Virus record (IMG/VR): IMGVR_UViG_3300044546_000600
Coordinates: 1 to 64,000 of that record
Length of the DNA: 64,000 nucleotides
Source: a virus
Taxonomy: Duplodnaviria > Caudoviricetes
Reading direction: 5' to 3' (one strand)
In this document: positions 9,175 through 17,747 of the stretch, piece after piece
Position numbering within the stretch: position 1 is the first letter of the stretch
How the letters are laid out: every line of letters starts with the position of its first letter
Program-made: the position numbers and the translations under genes
The notes under the pieces: model-generated
Database searches by the model: none
What the model saw: the letters and a program-made list of their open reading frames with translations, nothing else
Told to the model about the DNA's origin: nothing

Positions 9175-9678
9175 TTACTGGCCAAGGCTGAATTTTTGCA
9201 GTTCACTGATACGCAAGTTCAAACAGTCTGCTGGATAGAGATAAGGCTTGTGAGCAGGAGAAGATTCGTCCAGTTCTCCTTTTTTGCAGTTCAAAGATTG
9301 ATTTAAAAATGATTTTTTATTCATGTAACCAAGAATGTAACCTTTAGAATAGTCTTTGAGAATACTGGTGAATAAATAGTAATCGCACTTCTGTAAGGTA
9401 TTGAACTGATAAACGGTGCAGTTGTAATGGGGCTTTGGCTTAACTGTTCTTTCTTTAGCTTTGATCTCAAAGCGTTTTCCTTTGTTTGACTTCCAATCAG
9501 AGTTGTAGTCTTCGTGAGAAATGATTTCGCCGCCCAGAGCTTCTTGAACCATTAGGTCAGAGATCATGGCGATTTTCCAGCCATCACCATCTCGTATGGA
9601 GTTTTTTAATTTTGGCTTATCTTCCGCTAATTCTAATGCGGTTGCGACGAGCTGTGGATGTAAGTCTATCTCTATCAT
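9175..9678 (-). CDS. putative PD-(D/E)xK restriction-endonuclease-like protein
   Basis: DYNSD...FEIKAK followed by CDYYLF. Confidence 0.5.
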   Translation of the reverse strand: MIEIDLHPQLVATALELAEDKPKLKNSIRDGDGWKIAMISDLMVQEALGGEIISHEDYNSDWKSNKGKRFEIKAKERTVKPKPHYNCTVYQFNTLQKCDYYLFTSILKDYSKGYILGYMNKKSFLNQSLNCKKGELDESSPAHKPYLYPADCLNLRISELQKFSLGQ

Positions 9679-9753
9679 TTATTTGCCCTAAAAGTGTTCG
9701 CGTTTGGTTCTAATGTATATCTTATTTGCGATTTTTTAGTTCGTGTTTGAAAT

Positions 9754-9828
9754 TGGCACGGACGGAGGGAATCGCACCCTCATAAGGCAGTTTTGGAGGC
9801 TGCTGCACTACTAATATACCACGTCCGC
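9754..9828 (-). tRNA. tRNA-Trp(CCA)
   Basis: GCGGACG/CGTCCGT acceptor stem, loop CT-CCA-AA, T arm GAGGG-TGCGATT-CCCTC, encoded CCA. Confidence 0.85.
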
Positions 9829-9849
9829 AAAAATTAAATTTTAAATTGA

Positions 9850-10385
9850 ATCCCCACCATGCACCTAGAAGCATTTCTGCTTTCACGGATGAACCCGACT
9901 TTCAATGCAGGTAGGGAAATTGCACACAGCCATTATTGTCATTGACGTGAATCAAGAGGACTACTGTGTATGTTAAATTATTTGAATAGATGTAGTTTTG
10001 CTTTATATAACTACACTTCAGCGAGTTTCTTATTTACGCATAGGTTCCAACACGTTTAACATTTCCCCATAAACGTGCTGTTATGAACCCAGAGGCTTTT
10101 CGTGACTTCCATGCTTTTCCGCTGACGGTTAGACCCCGTGCTCGTACCGAAGATGGAAACAACCTTCTACATTCCGAGCTGCTATTCAAAATTGGTTCCC
10201 CCTGCCACACAAGTCTTCCAGAACATTTCCAGAAGATGAATGCACTTGTGTGCGCTAATTCTTAAACGATGTAAAGAAACGTGAATCTTTTCAAGAGATC
10301 ACCCAGTTTCGTAGCAACATGGAGCTTACTTTATAAACGCGAATACAGCGGTCTGCATAAACACAGAAGGGAAGATGTGAAAGAA
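9850..10385 (-). ncRNA. candidate large structured non-coding RNA (family unassigned; boundaries approximate)
   Basis: No credible ORF; at least six helices whose G-U pairs work only on the minus strand; GAAA tetraloop; upstream promoter; lies just 5' of tRNA-Trp. Confidence 0.6.
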
Positions 10386-10393
10386 CAAAAGAG

Positions 10394-10421
10394 AACCTAC
10401 TTATTTTACATTAGATGTCAA
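10394..10421 (-). promoter_or_regulatory. sigma70-like promoter with embedded ATGTAAAATA motif
   Basis: TTGACA-16 nt-TAGGTT; the spacer contains the candidate late motif. Confidence 0.5.
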
Positions 10422-10440
10422 GTGTTTCTAATGACTTTTT

Positions 10441-10860
10441 TTAGAATTGTTCTCGCCGCCATTCATCGTATTTGATTTTAGCGGCATCAATAGCTGGGCA
10501 AATACCTTTTGCGCCGTTACTAAACTCAACCCACCGGTAGCAACCACGATTCTCAGTTTCCACACTCATGCCGATTTTAAATGGCATATTGAAACGTGTT
10601 TCATCGGTGTCATCAGGATGATTTTCAACAGTATAATAAGACACGGTATTTATGCTCGTGCCTCCAGCTTGAAGAAATCTTTCAAGCCATTCAAGACGCT
10701 CTTCGGCTTTCTCGGCGCGGACTTGCCACGCGGAGGCGGACTCGGCAACCATTCGTGCGCCGCGAATATACTCGGCCTCGCGTGCGTCACGTTGCTTCAT
10801 TAACTCGGCTACTTTCTCTTCCGCTGTAATGAGGTTTTTACTATAGTTTGATGCGTACAT
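10441..10860 (-). CDS. hypothetical protein with N-terminal coiled coil
   Basis: ORF track 10441..10899; first ATG at 10860. Confidence 0.6.
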   Translation of the reverse strand: MYASNYSKNLITAEEKVAELMKQRDAREAEYIRGARMVAESASAWQVRAEKAEERLEWLERFLQAGGTSINTVSYYTVENHPDDTDETRFNMPFKIGMSVETENRGCYRWVEFSNGAKGICPAIDAAKIKYDEWRREQF

Positions 10861-10864
10861 AAAT

Positions 10865-11080
10865 TTAAATAATATAAGGTCCACAATTCGCAAAATCATT
10901 AGGAGACATAACTTTTGGGTTAACTATATCTATAGCACCAAGAGAAAATACCCTATCATACGATTCGTTATGTATTTTCTTGCTATGTTCACGCACATAA
11001 TCCCCCATCTCCATATGATTCATTTCTGATTTAACAGCTACGGCTTTAAAACAATCTCCTTTGATAATGTATTGAAACAT
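10865..11080 (-). CDS. hypothetical protein
   Basis: 71-aa ORF tiling. Confidence 0.55.
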   Translation of the reverse strand: MFQYIIKGDCFKAVAVKSEMNHMEMGDYVREHSKKIHNESYDRVFSLGAIDIVNPKVMSPNDFANCGPYII

Positions 11081-11091
11081 AAATTTATTTG

Positions 11092-11463
11092 TTATTGAGT
11101 AGAAGGACCATATACACCAATTGGATATTTCTCTCTTACGATCTCGTAAATCTTTTTAACAGCATCTCTTTGATCATATCCTGCTTTATAAAGCATATCA
11201 GCAATTTCTTCAAATACTTTAGTGCGTTCAACATTATAACGCAATGACTCTAAAGTGTTGTCGAATACTTCTTTATTATATATAGGTTCCACTCTCGCTG
11301 CGTTTAATGCTCTTACAACAGCATCCATAATAGCATCGGGCGGATCATTTTCAAACGTGCCGCCAGTATTACAAGGAATTTGTTTGCCGATAAAGCGAAG
11401 ATACTCTTCCAATTCTTCGTACTTTTTTCTCCATTCCATAACTCTATCGGCTTCTCTCAACAT
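11092..11463 (-). CDS. hypothetical protein
   Basis: Start moved to MLREADRV, which overlaps the upstream stop. Confidence 0.6.
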   Translation of the reverse strand: MLREADRVMEWRKKYEELEEYLRFIGKQIPCNTGGTFENDPPDAIMDAVVRALNAARVEPIYNKEVFDNTLESLRYNVERTKVFEEIADMLYKAGYDQRDAVKKIYEIVREKYPIGVYGPSTQ

Positions 11464-11750
11464 TTGTCGTCCTCCCATTTGCCAATCGTGCGGAGAAAAG
11501 CTTCTGCGCGTTGGGCGGAGGTGGCCGTTTCCGGCCAACACCCTGCGACTGTGCAAATATTGCGCAAAATTGAGATATAACCCTGTTTGTCTCTAACACT
11601 GAGAGTGTTCTCCGCCGATTGCATAGCGTTCAAGTCGTGAATGAAGTCGGGGATGAACTGCGCGACAAGTCGCCCCAATTCGTGCGAGTATTCGCTACAC
11701 TTCCATCCTGTCGCTTCAGCAATGGCGATTCTTTGTTGTTCAGCTTTCAT
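11457..11750 (-). CDS. hypothetical phage protein
   Basis: 97-aa ORF, ATGA overlap with the upstream gene. Confidence 0.65.
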   Translation of the reverse strand: MKAEQQRIAIAEATGWKCSEYSHELGRLVAQFIPDFIHDLNAMQSAENTLSVRDKQGYISILRNICTVAGCWPETATSAQRAEAFLRTIGKWEDDKC

Positions 11751-12226
11751 TTGTTATCAACCAAAGCAGCAACAATCTTCTCTGCATTCTCTTGAATAGA
11801 AGGATAGCAAAGAGTATTAAACGAGTCACCGTGTTTCGCAACAAATTTATCCCAATCTTTCTTTTCTTCGGGAGATAGAGTAATTTTGGCAGGACGAGCC
11901 TCACATGCTTTACGGATAATATCAACTAGCTTATTTTCCATAAGACGAGCCGCCGCAGTAATTGCAGACTTCTCTGGATAAATTTGCTGACGAATAGAAG
12001 TGCATCCTTGTGTAATATGAATGAGCCAAAAGCCTTCACGGAGACCATCATAAGCGTATGGGTCATTTGCAGGAATGAACTTCTTGCCCACCTTACGGTA
12101 AAGCCGCTGGTCTTCTCTGGCGGCTGCACTTGCAGTTACCGGATCAGTCTGGAACTTATAGTTAAGTTCGGAACGAAGACGTTGGCATTCGTTCTGATAG
12201 TATTCTAAATCTTTATTCTTTTTCAT
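11747..12226 (-). CDS. hypothetical protein
   Basis: 159-aa ORF, ATGA overlap. Confidence 0.7.
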   Translation of the reverse strand: MKKNKDLEYYQNECQRLRSELNYKFQTDPVTASAAAREDQRLYRKVGKKFIPANDPYAYDGLREGFWLIHITQGCTSIRQQIYPEKSAITAAARLMENKLVDIIRKACEARPAKITLSPEEKKDWDKFVAKHGDSFNTLCYPSIQENAEKIVAALVDNK

Positions 12227-12489
12227 TTTAAATCCTTTTCAATTTCAAAAGTGAATGGCTTAACCGGTTTCCCATCATCAAATCGTTTAATAAAAGTTTG
12301 CGCTTTTTTAGGCAGCGTGTATGTGTCCCATTCATGTACTTCGCGATGAAGTATTCGTTCAGCGCCAACATTCAACCCAATTTGGGTTGTCGGTTTAACT
12401 TCCCGTTTAAATGCAAGAGCTATAGGGCAATCATAACAACTCCCTCTATATCCTTCTTCAATATCTTTAAGAGTAACTTTAATTTTCAT
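12223..12489 (-). CDS. small CxxC protein, tandem paralog A
   Basis: VTLKDIEEG...CYDCPIALAFKR...FIKRFD..KPVKPFTFE. Confidence 0.8.
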   Translation of the reverse strand: MKIKVTLKDIEEGYRGSCYDCPIALAFKREVKPTTQIGLNVGAERILHREVHEWDTYTLPKKAQTFIKRFDDGKPVKPFTFEIEKDLK

Positions 12490-12496
12490 TTTGTCT

Positions 12497-12787
12497 TTAG
12501 TACTTCGAAAGTGGATGGTTTTTCACTTTGTCTTTTTGTGTTTCAAATGTGAATGGTTTTACAGGTTGATCGTGATCGAATCGTTGAATGAATTTTTTTG
12601 CCTCTTTAGGTAGAGCGTAAATATACCACATGTCTTTGGTAAAATGTTCTATGGATTCAGCATTAACAGCGAATCCATAACGAATTTGATTTTTAACTTT
12701 ACGTTTAAACGCAAGAGCGACTGGACATTCATAACAAGTTGATTTGAGTCCTTTGTCAATATCTTTTTGTGTTACTTGGATTATCAT
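12497..12787 (-). CDS. small CxxC protein, tandem paralog B
   Basis: VTQKDIDKG...CYECPVALAFKR...FIQRFD..QPVKPFTFE. Confidence 0.8.
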   Translation of the reverse strand: MIIQVTQKDIDKGLKSTCYECPVALAFKRKVKNQIRYGFAVNAESIEHFTKDMWYIYALPKEAKKFIQRFDHDQPVKPFTFETQKDKVKNHPLSKY

Positions 12788-13008
12788 TTTAAGTTACCTC
12801 CGTAATAATCAAAAGTCTTTTCCATAGCGTCCAAAGTTATAATGAGTTCACCCAACTCGTGTTTTTGATAATACTCGGTTTTCTTTTTCTTTTTGAGGTC
12901 TGCAATGTCTTCATGAAGGTATTCAATAGTCTGCTTTAAGGAAGCGCGAACAATACCGTCAGCTGTATCTGGATCAATTTCTACTTTCATGTCTTTATTA
13001 TTTTTCAT
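12784..13008 (-). CDS. hypothetical protein
   Basis: Start moved to MKNNKDM. Confidence 0.6.
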   Translation of the reverse strand: MKNNKDMKVEIDPDTADGIVRASLKQTIEYLHEDIADLKKKKKTEYYQKHELGELIITLDAMEKTFDYYGGNLK

Positions 13009-13009
13009 A

Positions 13010-13285
13010 TTAATTCCAAATTCTATGTTTTTCAGCGACCCATTCGACGCCGTCATACTCTTCAATCTGCCATTGAACATCATCGGGAATCTTTACAACT
13101 TTAAGTTTTGCAAAACCCCCGTTAGCAGCTTCTCCTAGCTGCTCTACAATTTCTATTAGAATAAGATCGTTACGCTTAATGTCATCCTCATATTTAATCG
13201 CAGTACCAGCGCGTTCATTATAAAGGGCAAGAGCTTCTTTAGAAAGCCCAAAGCCACCGTGACAAGTGTTAATTACAATTTTCAT
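13010..13285 (-). CDS. hypothetical phage protein, paralog of 2547..2903
   Basis: MKIVINTCHGGFGLSKEA...YDGVEWVAEKHRIW. Confidence 0.8.
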   Translation of the reverse strand: MKIVINTCHGGFGLSKEALALYNERAGTAIKYEDDIKRNDLILIEIVEQLGEAANGGFAKLKVVKIPDDVQWQIEEYDGVEWVAEKHRIWN

Positions 13286-13868
13286 TTTTAACAATCTCCG
13301 AGTAAGGAAGATAGTTTTGAGTTGTCACATTAGTCTTTGCGAATTGTTTGTTCAATGTCTTTAACCACCCGCCACGCGAATGCAGTTCACCAAGTTGACC
13401 CGTCGCTTCACAAGTTTTGCCAGAAGCGGTCTCCGCAAAATGAATGGTGCCATCAAGATAATTACTAAACCGATCATTGATTTTTTGAAGTTCAGGATAC
13501 TTTTTAGTATTTAAAAGAGAAACGTTTTTCTCGTCAAACTCAAGACGATAATAAAAACGAAGTGTGCCAAACTTCTCTTTAACTTGCTCTGCAATAACTT
13601 GCGGTGGCCGCACTGTAAAGTAATAGGTAGCTTCCTCGTCCTTGTTAATAAACGGTGTGATACCAAGACGCTCACCATCTTCTTTATCTACTTGGATAGA
13701 AGTAGTGTAGGTGTAGGTAAGAGCTTCGCAAAGAATATCAATAAGATCATACCAACCATCGCCCACTTCAAGACCCCAACACATACAGCTCTCGGTCTTT
13801 GGCTTGGTACGGTCGCCGAAAATCTTTGGATACTTCTCAAATAGTTTTTGTTCTAATTCTGTTTTCAT
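13269..13868 (-). CDS. hypothetical phage protein
   Basis: EVGDGWYDLI and QVKEKFGTLRFY motifs, which I recognise from phage hypothetical proteins. Confidence 0.75.
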   Translation of the reverse strand: MKTELEQKLFEKYPKIFGDRTKPKTESCMCWGLEVGDGWYDLIDILCEALTYTYTTSIQVDKEDGERLGITPFINKDEEATYYFTVRPPQVIAEQVKEKFGTLRFYYRLEFDEKNVSLLNTKKYPELQKINDRFSNYLDGTIHFAETASGKTCEATGQLGELHSRGGWLKTLNKQFAKTNVTTQNYLPYSEIVKNENCN

Positions 13869-13910
13869 AGTGTGTATAATGTATAATTTTTATATAATGT
13901 CAAGATGTTT

Positions 13911-14132
13911 CTACTCACCAACGTCAAGCGCGCCCATTATTGCCTTATGTATTTTAACATCCGTATCTGTCGTATATTGGAATAAAATATTATACCTTTT
14001 CTTCAAGATAGCATTGTCCTTCTCAAGACGCTCGACTTTGCTAAGCAAAGCTGCTTCACGTTCAGCACCCTTACCGTTCAATACACATTGTTCATGTATT
14101 TCTTCTTCAAGTTGTTGGATTTTGCTTTTCAT
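13911..14132 (-). CDS. hypothetical coiled-coil protein
   Basis: 73-aa ORF, ATGA overlap. Confidence 0.6.
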   Translation of the reverse strand: MKSKIQQLEEEIHEQCVLNGKGAEREAALLSKVERLEKDNAILKKRYNILFQYTTDTDVKIHKAIMGALDVGE

Positions 14133-14329
14133 TGGAATAATGTAGTTGTATTTAAAAATTTAGCAAGAGGTTTAAACCAAAGGGGAAGAGCCGTTATGAA
14201 CAACCAGACAATTTGAATAATAAATATATCGGTGAATTTGTCGATGAACAGATTGTACATGCCTACCCAAAAGTAAATAAAGCCAACCCAAAAAATGTAA
14301 TGACCGATAGAGCGTTGAAATAGTTTCAT
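14129..14329 (-). CDS. small membrane protein (2 TM)
   Basis: MKLFQRSIGHYIFWVGFIYFWVG...IIQIVWLFITALPLWF. Confidence 0.6.
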   Translation of the reverse strand: MKLFQRSIGHYIFWVGFIYFWVGMYNLFIDKFTDIFIIQIVWLFITALPLWFKPLAKFLNTTTLFQ

Positions 14330-14331
14330 AA

Positions 14332-14544
14332 TTATTCCTCGACCTGATGAAGAGCATTTCCTGCTTCTGCTCGGATAGCTTGAGCAAGTTGTTCTACAGT
14401 TTTGCAATCATTGTTGCCATACTTCAATAAATTGCGGCACATAGCATCAATTTCATACAATGAGTGCCATGCTTGATTGCAATGAATAGCTCGCATATGC
14501 TCATAGTTATCTTCGGGTAAGTTAAATTCTAGTGTTGCTTTCAT
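14332..14544 (-). CDS. hypothetical phage protein
   Basis: MKATLEFNLPED start; 70 aa. Confidence 0.7.
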   Translation of the reverse strand: MKATLEFNLPEDNYEHMRAIHCNQAWHSLYEIDAMCRNLLKYGNNDCKTVEQLAQAIRAEAGNALHQVEE

Positions 14545-14551
14545 AAATTTA

Positions 14552-14746
14552 TTATTTTGTCATCCAGAGGTAAAATGGAGATAGTATTAATTTTAACAAT
14601 GCAAGAAACCACATGACGGGTCCGCAAAGAATAAACAGGATAATTCTTTGAGGTCTAAGATTTACAGACATATGTGTTTCCATGTATATGCTGGGTCCCA
14701 TTAAAAGCCACAAAATAAGCAAAAAATCAATAAAGTCGGGCTGCAT
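14552..14746 (-). CDS. small membrane protein
   Basis: Two hydrophobic stretches; start moved to MQPDF. Confidence 0.5.
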   Translation of the reverse strand: MQPDFIDFLLILWLLMGPSIYMETHMSVNLRPQRIILFILCGPVMWFLALLKLILSPFYLWMTK

Positions 14747-14750
14747 AAAG

Positions 14751-14972
14751 TTATTCCAGTTCAACCATCCATTTTGAATCATTGTAGATGTAATCCCAAA
14801 CAACTTCTTGTTTCTTACAAACGTAAGTGCCCGTGTTAACAACTTCATCTCCTAAATTCATAGATGCGATAAAGCTATCAACAATCTTATCTTGCTCTAG
14901 TTGATGAGCTGCAATTAGTTTTCTAATCTCAGCAATCTTTGCTCGCTGTTCTTTGGTGATTTTAATTTTCAT
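14751..14972 (-). CDS. hypothetical protein
   Basis: Start moved to MKIKITKEQ. Confidence 0.55.
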   Translation of the reverse strand: MKIKITKEQRAKIAEIRKLIAAHQLEQDKIVDSFIASMNLGDEVVNTGTYVCKKQEVVWDYIYNDSKWMVELE

Positions 14973-15363
14973 ATATAATTTTGTGAAAGCATTCTGGCAA
15001 AATAACGTTAGAAGGAATTTCTTTTCCTTTAAATAAAGCGGCAACATCTTCAACGCTGTATCCAGCAAGACCGCAGCCAATTTTAGTTACCAAAAACTCA
15101 AGTTGAGGAAAGAGACTAGCTGTACCTAAAAACAAGTCGATTTGGTATTCAATGTCAGAAAGCGGCAAAGTAATGATTTGATGATCTTTGGTTGGCAAAG
15201 CGTAAGATTGGCCATAAAGCCCAACGCCTTTTTTCCAAATTGCGCCGAATTTCTTGTGGGCAAGAGCAGCAGCTCCAGCACCATGAATTCCAGCTAAATT
15301 GCTGCCAAATACGAAGATTTGGTGAGGCTCAAGAGAAGATATATTTTCGGGAGTGAATTTCAT
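14962..15363 (-). CDS. macrodomain-like (A1pp-related) protein
   Basis: IFVFGSNLAGIHGAGAA...SYALPTK...TKIGCGLAGY. Confidence 0.75.
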   Translation of the reverse strand: MKFTPENISSLEPHQIFVFGSNLAGIHGAGAAALAHKKFGAIWKKGVGLYGQSYALPTKDHQIITLPLSDIEYQIDLFLGTASLFPQLEFLVTKIGCGLAGYSVEDVAALFKGKEIPSNVILPECFHKIIYEN

Positions 15364-15429
15364 TTACAAGGTAGATCAAAGTGATTTTTGCAGGTGTGTC
15401 AAGCGTTTTTAGGATTTTTCTTGAAAAAA

Positions 15430-15439
15430 GTGTAAAATA
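15430..15439 (+). promoter_or_regulatory. candidate late promoter motif GTGTAAAATA
   Basis: Starts 17 nt before the ATG at 15447. Confidence 0.45.
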
Positions 15440-15446
15440 AATTAGA

Positions 15447-15698
15447 ATGCAGATTTCTCCTGTCAATTCTATCTCTTTTGGGCCAAACATTAAAGATGCG
15501 GCTTCAATGTACGCTAGAAATTCGCCTGTGGGTTTAGTTTCTCCGCAGAAAACCGAAACTGTTGGAGTAGATCAAAGCGAACTTTACGATTTAAAAAAGC
15601 TTTTAATTAGCGCTATTGACAGCATGAATTTTGGTTTAGCTTTGCAAGTGCTTGACAAGATCATCAAGATGCACAAAGATGCTGGTGCAATTTTTTGA
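15447..15698 (+). CDS. hypothetical protein (isolated plus-strand gene)
   Basis: 83-aa ORF after the motif; its stop abuts the cyclase stop. Confidence 0.6.
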   Translation: MQISPVNSISFGPNIKDAASMYARNSPVGLVSPQKTETVGVDQSELYDLKKLLISAIDSMNFGLALQVLDKIIKMHKDAGAIF

Positions 15699-17747
15699 TT
15701 ACTTGCTAGTTGCGTGATAAACGCCATCCCAATCTTTAGGCAAGTTTGCGGTTTTGAGTTCAGAAATTCGGCTTTCCATCATCTCGTAGTACCTCATCAT
15801 CTTTGAGTTTTCCGTTTTTAGTCTAGTCAAATAGATTTCCGCTTCTTGCCAGTTCATCTCGTAGTAGAACTCCATCATCTTCTTGTGATGAGAAACAATC
15901 TTATTTGCCTTCTCGTCGTTCGCAATTACGGTATAGATTTTGACGCCTTCTTTTTTGCCTTTGACGGCAATGTTGTCTAACTCTAGGAAATTGAAAGAGT
16001 TCTCGATGCCTTTCACGGTTTGCTCGCCGATAACAATTTCAACGTGGTAAGGCTTGCTTTGGCCTTCTAAACGCGACGAAAGATTAACAGCGTCTCCAAG
16101 GCAAGTATAGTCAAAGCGATTTTCGGAACCCATGTTTCCAACTACAACTGAACCAGAATTGACTCCTACGCCAATCGAAAGTTGCGGTAATTTTTCCAAT
16201 GCAAGTTGTTTATTTAGCTCATCAAGTTTCGTGAACATCTCAACGGCACACTCGATAGCTAATTCTTTGTGGCGAGCAACATCAACAGGAGCATTCCAAA
16301 AAGCCATTACTGCATCTCCAATCAGTTTATCAACAGTTCCATCTTTGCTCATAACTAATTTTAGCATAGGAGTCATGTAACGGTTTATTAGAGAAGTTAA
16401 ACCTTGCGGGTCAGTTTTAAAGTGCTCGCTAAGTGCTGTAAATCCGCGAACATCAGAGAATAAGATCGTCAAGTCTTTGGTTTCGCCGCCAAGTTTTAAA
16501 AGCTCTGGATTAGATTGCAGCTTTTTGACCATTGCAGGAGCAAGATAGTGTTCAAACTGCTTTCTAATTTGTTGTTTCTGTTTAAATTCATTGATGAAAC
16601 GCATAAACGCAGACACAGAAAAGCAGATGAAAAGAGCGGCAACTATCCAACTGTAATCAAAAAGAAGTCCGTTGCTAAAAGCTTTGACGCCATAGGCCAC
16701 AGGCGCAATCATCAAAGCGATAGATAGCCCAGCACAAATTAAGTAGTTCAGCCAAATGAAAGCGACGATAACAACTAACGCCGCGACTAAACCATAAAGA
16801 ATCTCGTAAGTGTTAAACTCTGATGGTCTTTCTAATCTTGAGTCATCTAAAAGCATTTGTGCGGCAAACAAAGGAATTTCGTAGCCATTCTTAATGTTAA
16901 CTGATGTTGCAACAGTGTTTGAAAGACCTTCTGCCGTTGGCGCAATCATAACAATTTTGCCTTTAACCTCAGACCAATCTTCTTTGGTGAAGGAAAAAGA
17001 ATCAAAAGTGTATTTGAAGTTCAACCAAACTCGCCCATTCTCGTCAGTTTTAATTGTTTTAAATTTGGGAATGCGAATTGCAGCTACGCCAGATTGATTA
17101 ACTTTTGCTTGATAGCTTGGATCATTAGAAGCTACGCGCAAGATTTCTAATGGCAGTGTTGGATAAAGTTCTTTGTTCACTTGCACGATAAGCGGCAATC
17201 TTCTAACTACGCCGTCAACTTCTGGAGCTGTTAGCAGCATACCAACGCCAGCCGCAGCTTCGCCAAGCTCTTTTGTTGGCCCAATCGCCGCAGGATAATC
17301 AAATAGCCACTCATCTATGCCGCCGCCGATTACTGACACTCCTCTAGGCACAGGCGAGCCTTTTCCTTTATTTGCCGCAGACTGACTAATGATTACAGGA
17401 TATTTGCCGAAAGTTTCTTTTAGCGCAGAGTCTCCATTGAATCTGTCGTTCTCAGCAAAGATAATTGGCAACACAACAATCTCTGCGCCGTTATCAAATG
17501 CTTTTGTTATTGCGCTAGCTAAGATTTGTCTTGGGAAAGGCCATTGACCATGCTTCTCAAGAGTTTTCTCATCTATCTCAACAACTACAACACTTTCGCT
17601 TTTTACTTTCTCTTGAGTGATTTGATAGTAATCTAGCGTTTTTAGTCTTGCAGTCTCAACGAAAAATGGGTCTTTAACTCTTAAAGTTAAGAGGCAGATC
17701 AAAACTAACAGCGAAGCTATTGCGGTATAGATTTTATATTTCTTCAT
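15699..17747 (-). CDS. CHASE2-domain class III adenylate cyclase
   Basis: N-terminal TM; CHASE2 (VVVEIDEKTLEKHGQWPFPR, DGVVRRLPL); TM cluster; LFSDVRGFT, DKLIGDAVMAFW, RFDYTCLGDAVNLSSRLE. Confidence 0.95.
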   Translation of the reverse strand: MKKYKIYTAIASLLVLICLLTLRVKDPFFVETARLKTLDYYQITQEKVKSESVVVVEIDEKTLEKHGQWPFPRQILASAITKAFDNGAEIVVLPIIFAENDRFNGDSALKETFGKYPVIISQSAANKGKGSPVPRGVSVIGGGIDEWLFDYPAAIGPTKELGEAAAGVGMLLTAPEVDGVVRRLPLIVQVNKELYPTLPLEILRVASNDPSYQAKVNQSGVAAIRIPKFKTIKTDENGRVWLNFKYTFDSFSFTKEDWSEVKGKIVMIAPTAEGLSNTVATSVNIKNGYEIPLFAAQMLLDDSRLERPSEFNTYEILYGLVAALVVIVAFIWLNYLICAGLSIALMIAPVAYGVKAFSNGLLFDYSWIVAALFICFSVSAFMRFINEFKQKQQIRKQFEHYLAPAMVKKLQSNPELLKLGGETKDLTILFSDVRGFTALSEHFKTDPQGLTSLINRYMTPMLKLVMSKDGTVDKLIGDAVMAFWNAPVDVARHKELAIECAVEMFTKLDELNKQLALEKLPQLSIGVGVNSGSVVVGNMGSENRFDYTCLGDAVNLSSRLEGQSKPYHVEIVIGEQTVKGIENSFNFLELDNIAVKGKKEGVKIYTVIANDEKANKIVSHHKKMMEFYYEMNWQEAEIYLTRLKTENSKMMRYYEMMESRISELKTANLPKDWDGVYHATSK

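Noticed and set aside
9845-9865. Plus-strand ...GAATCCCCACCA looks like a tRNA or tmRNA 3' end
   Set aside because: Spacing is too short for a T arm plus acceptor stem and there is no matching 5' end; it is better explained as one arm of a minus-strand helix
9940-10210. Group I intron interpretation (TAGTCC resembles the P7 3' strand)
   Set aside because: No matching GACTA strand found and no interrupted gene or tRNA flanks the region; a covariance-model search is still advisable
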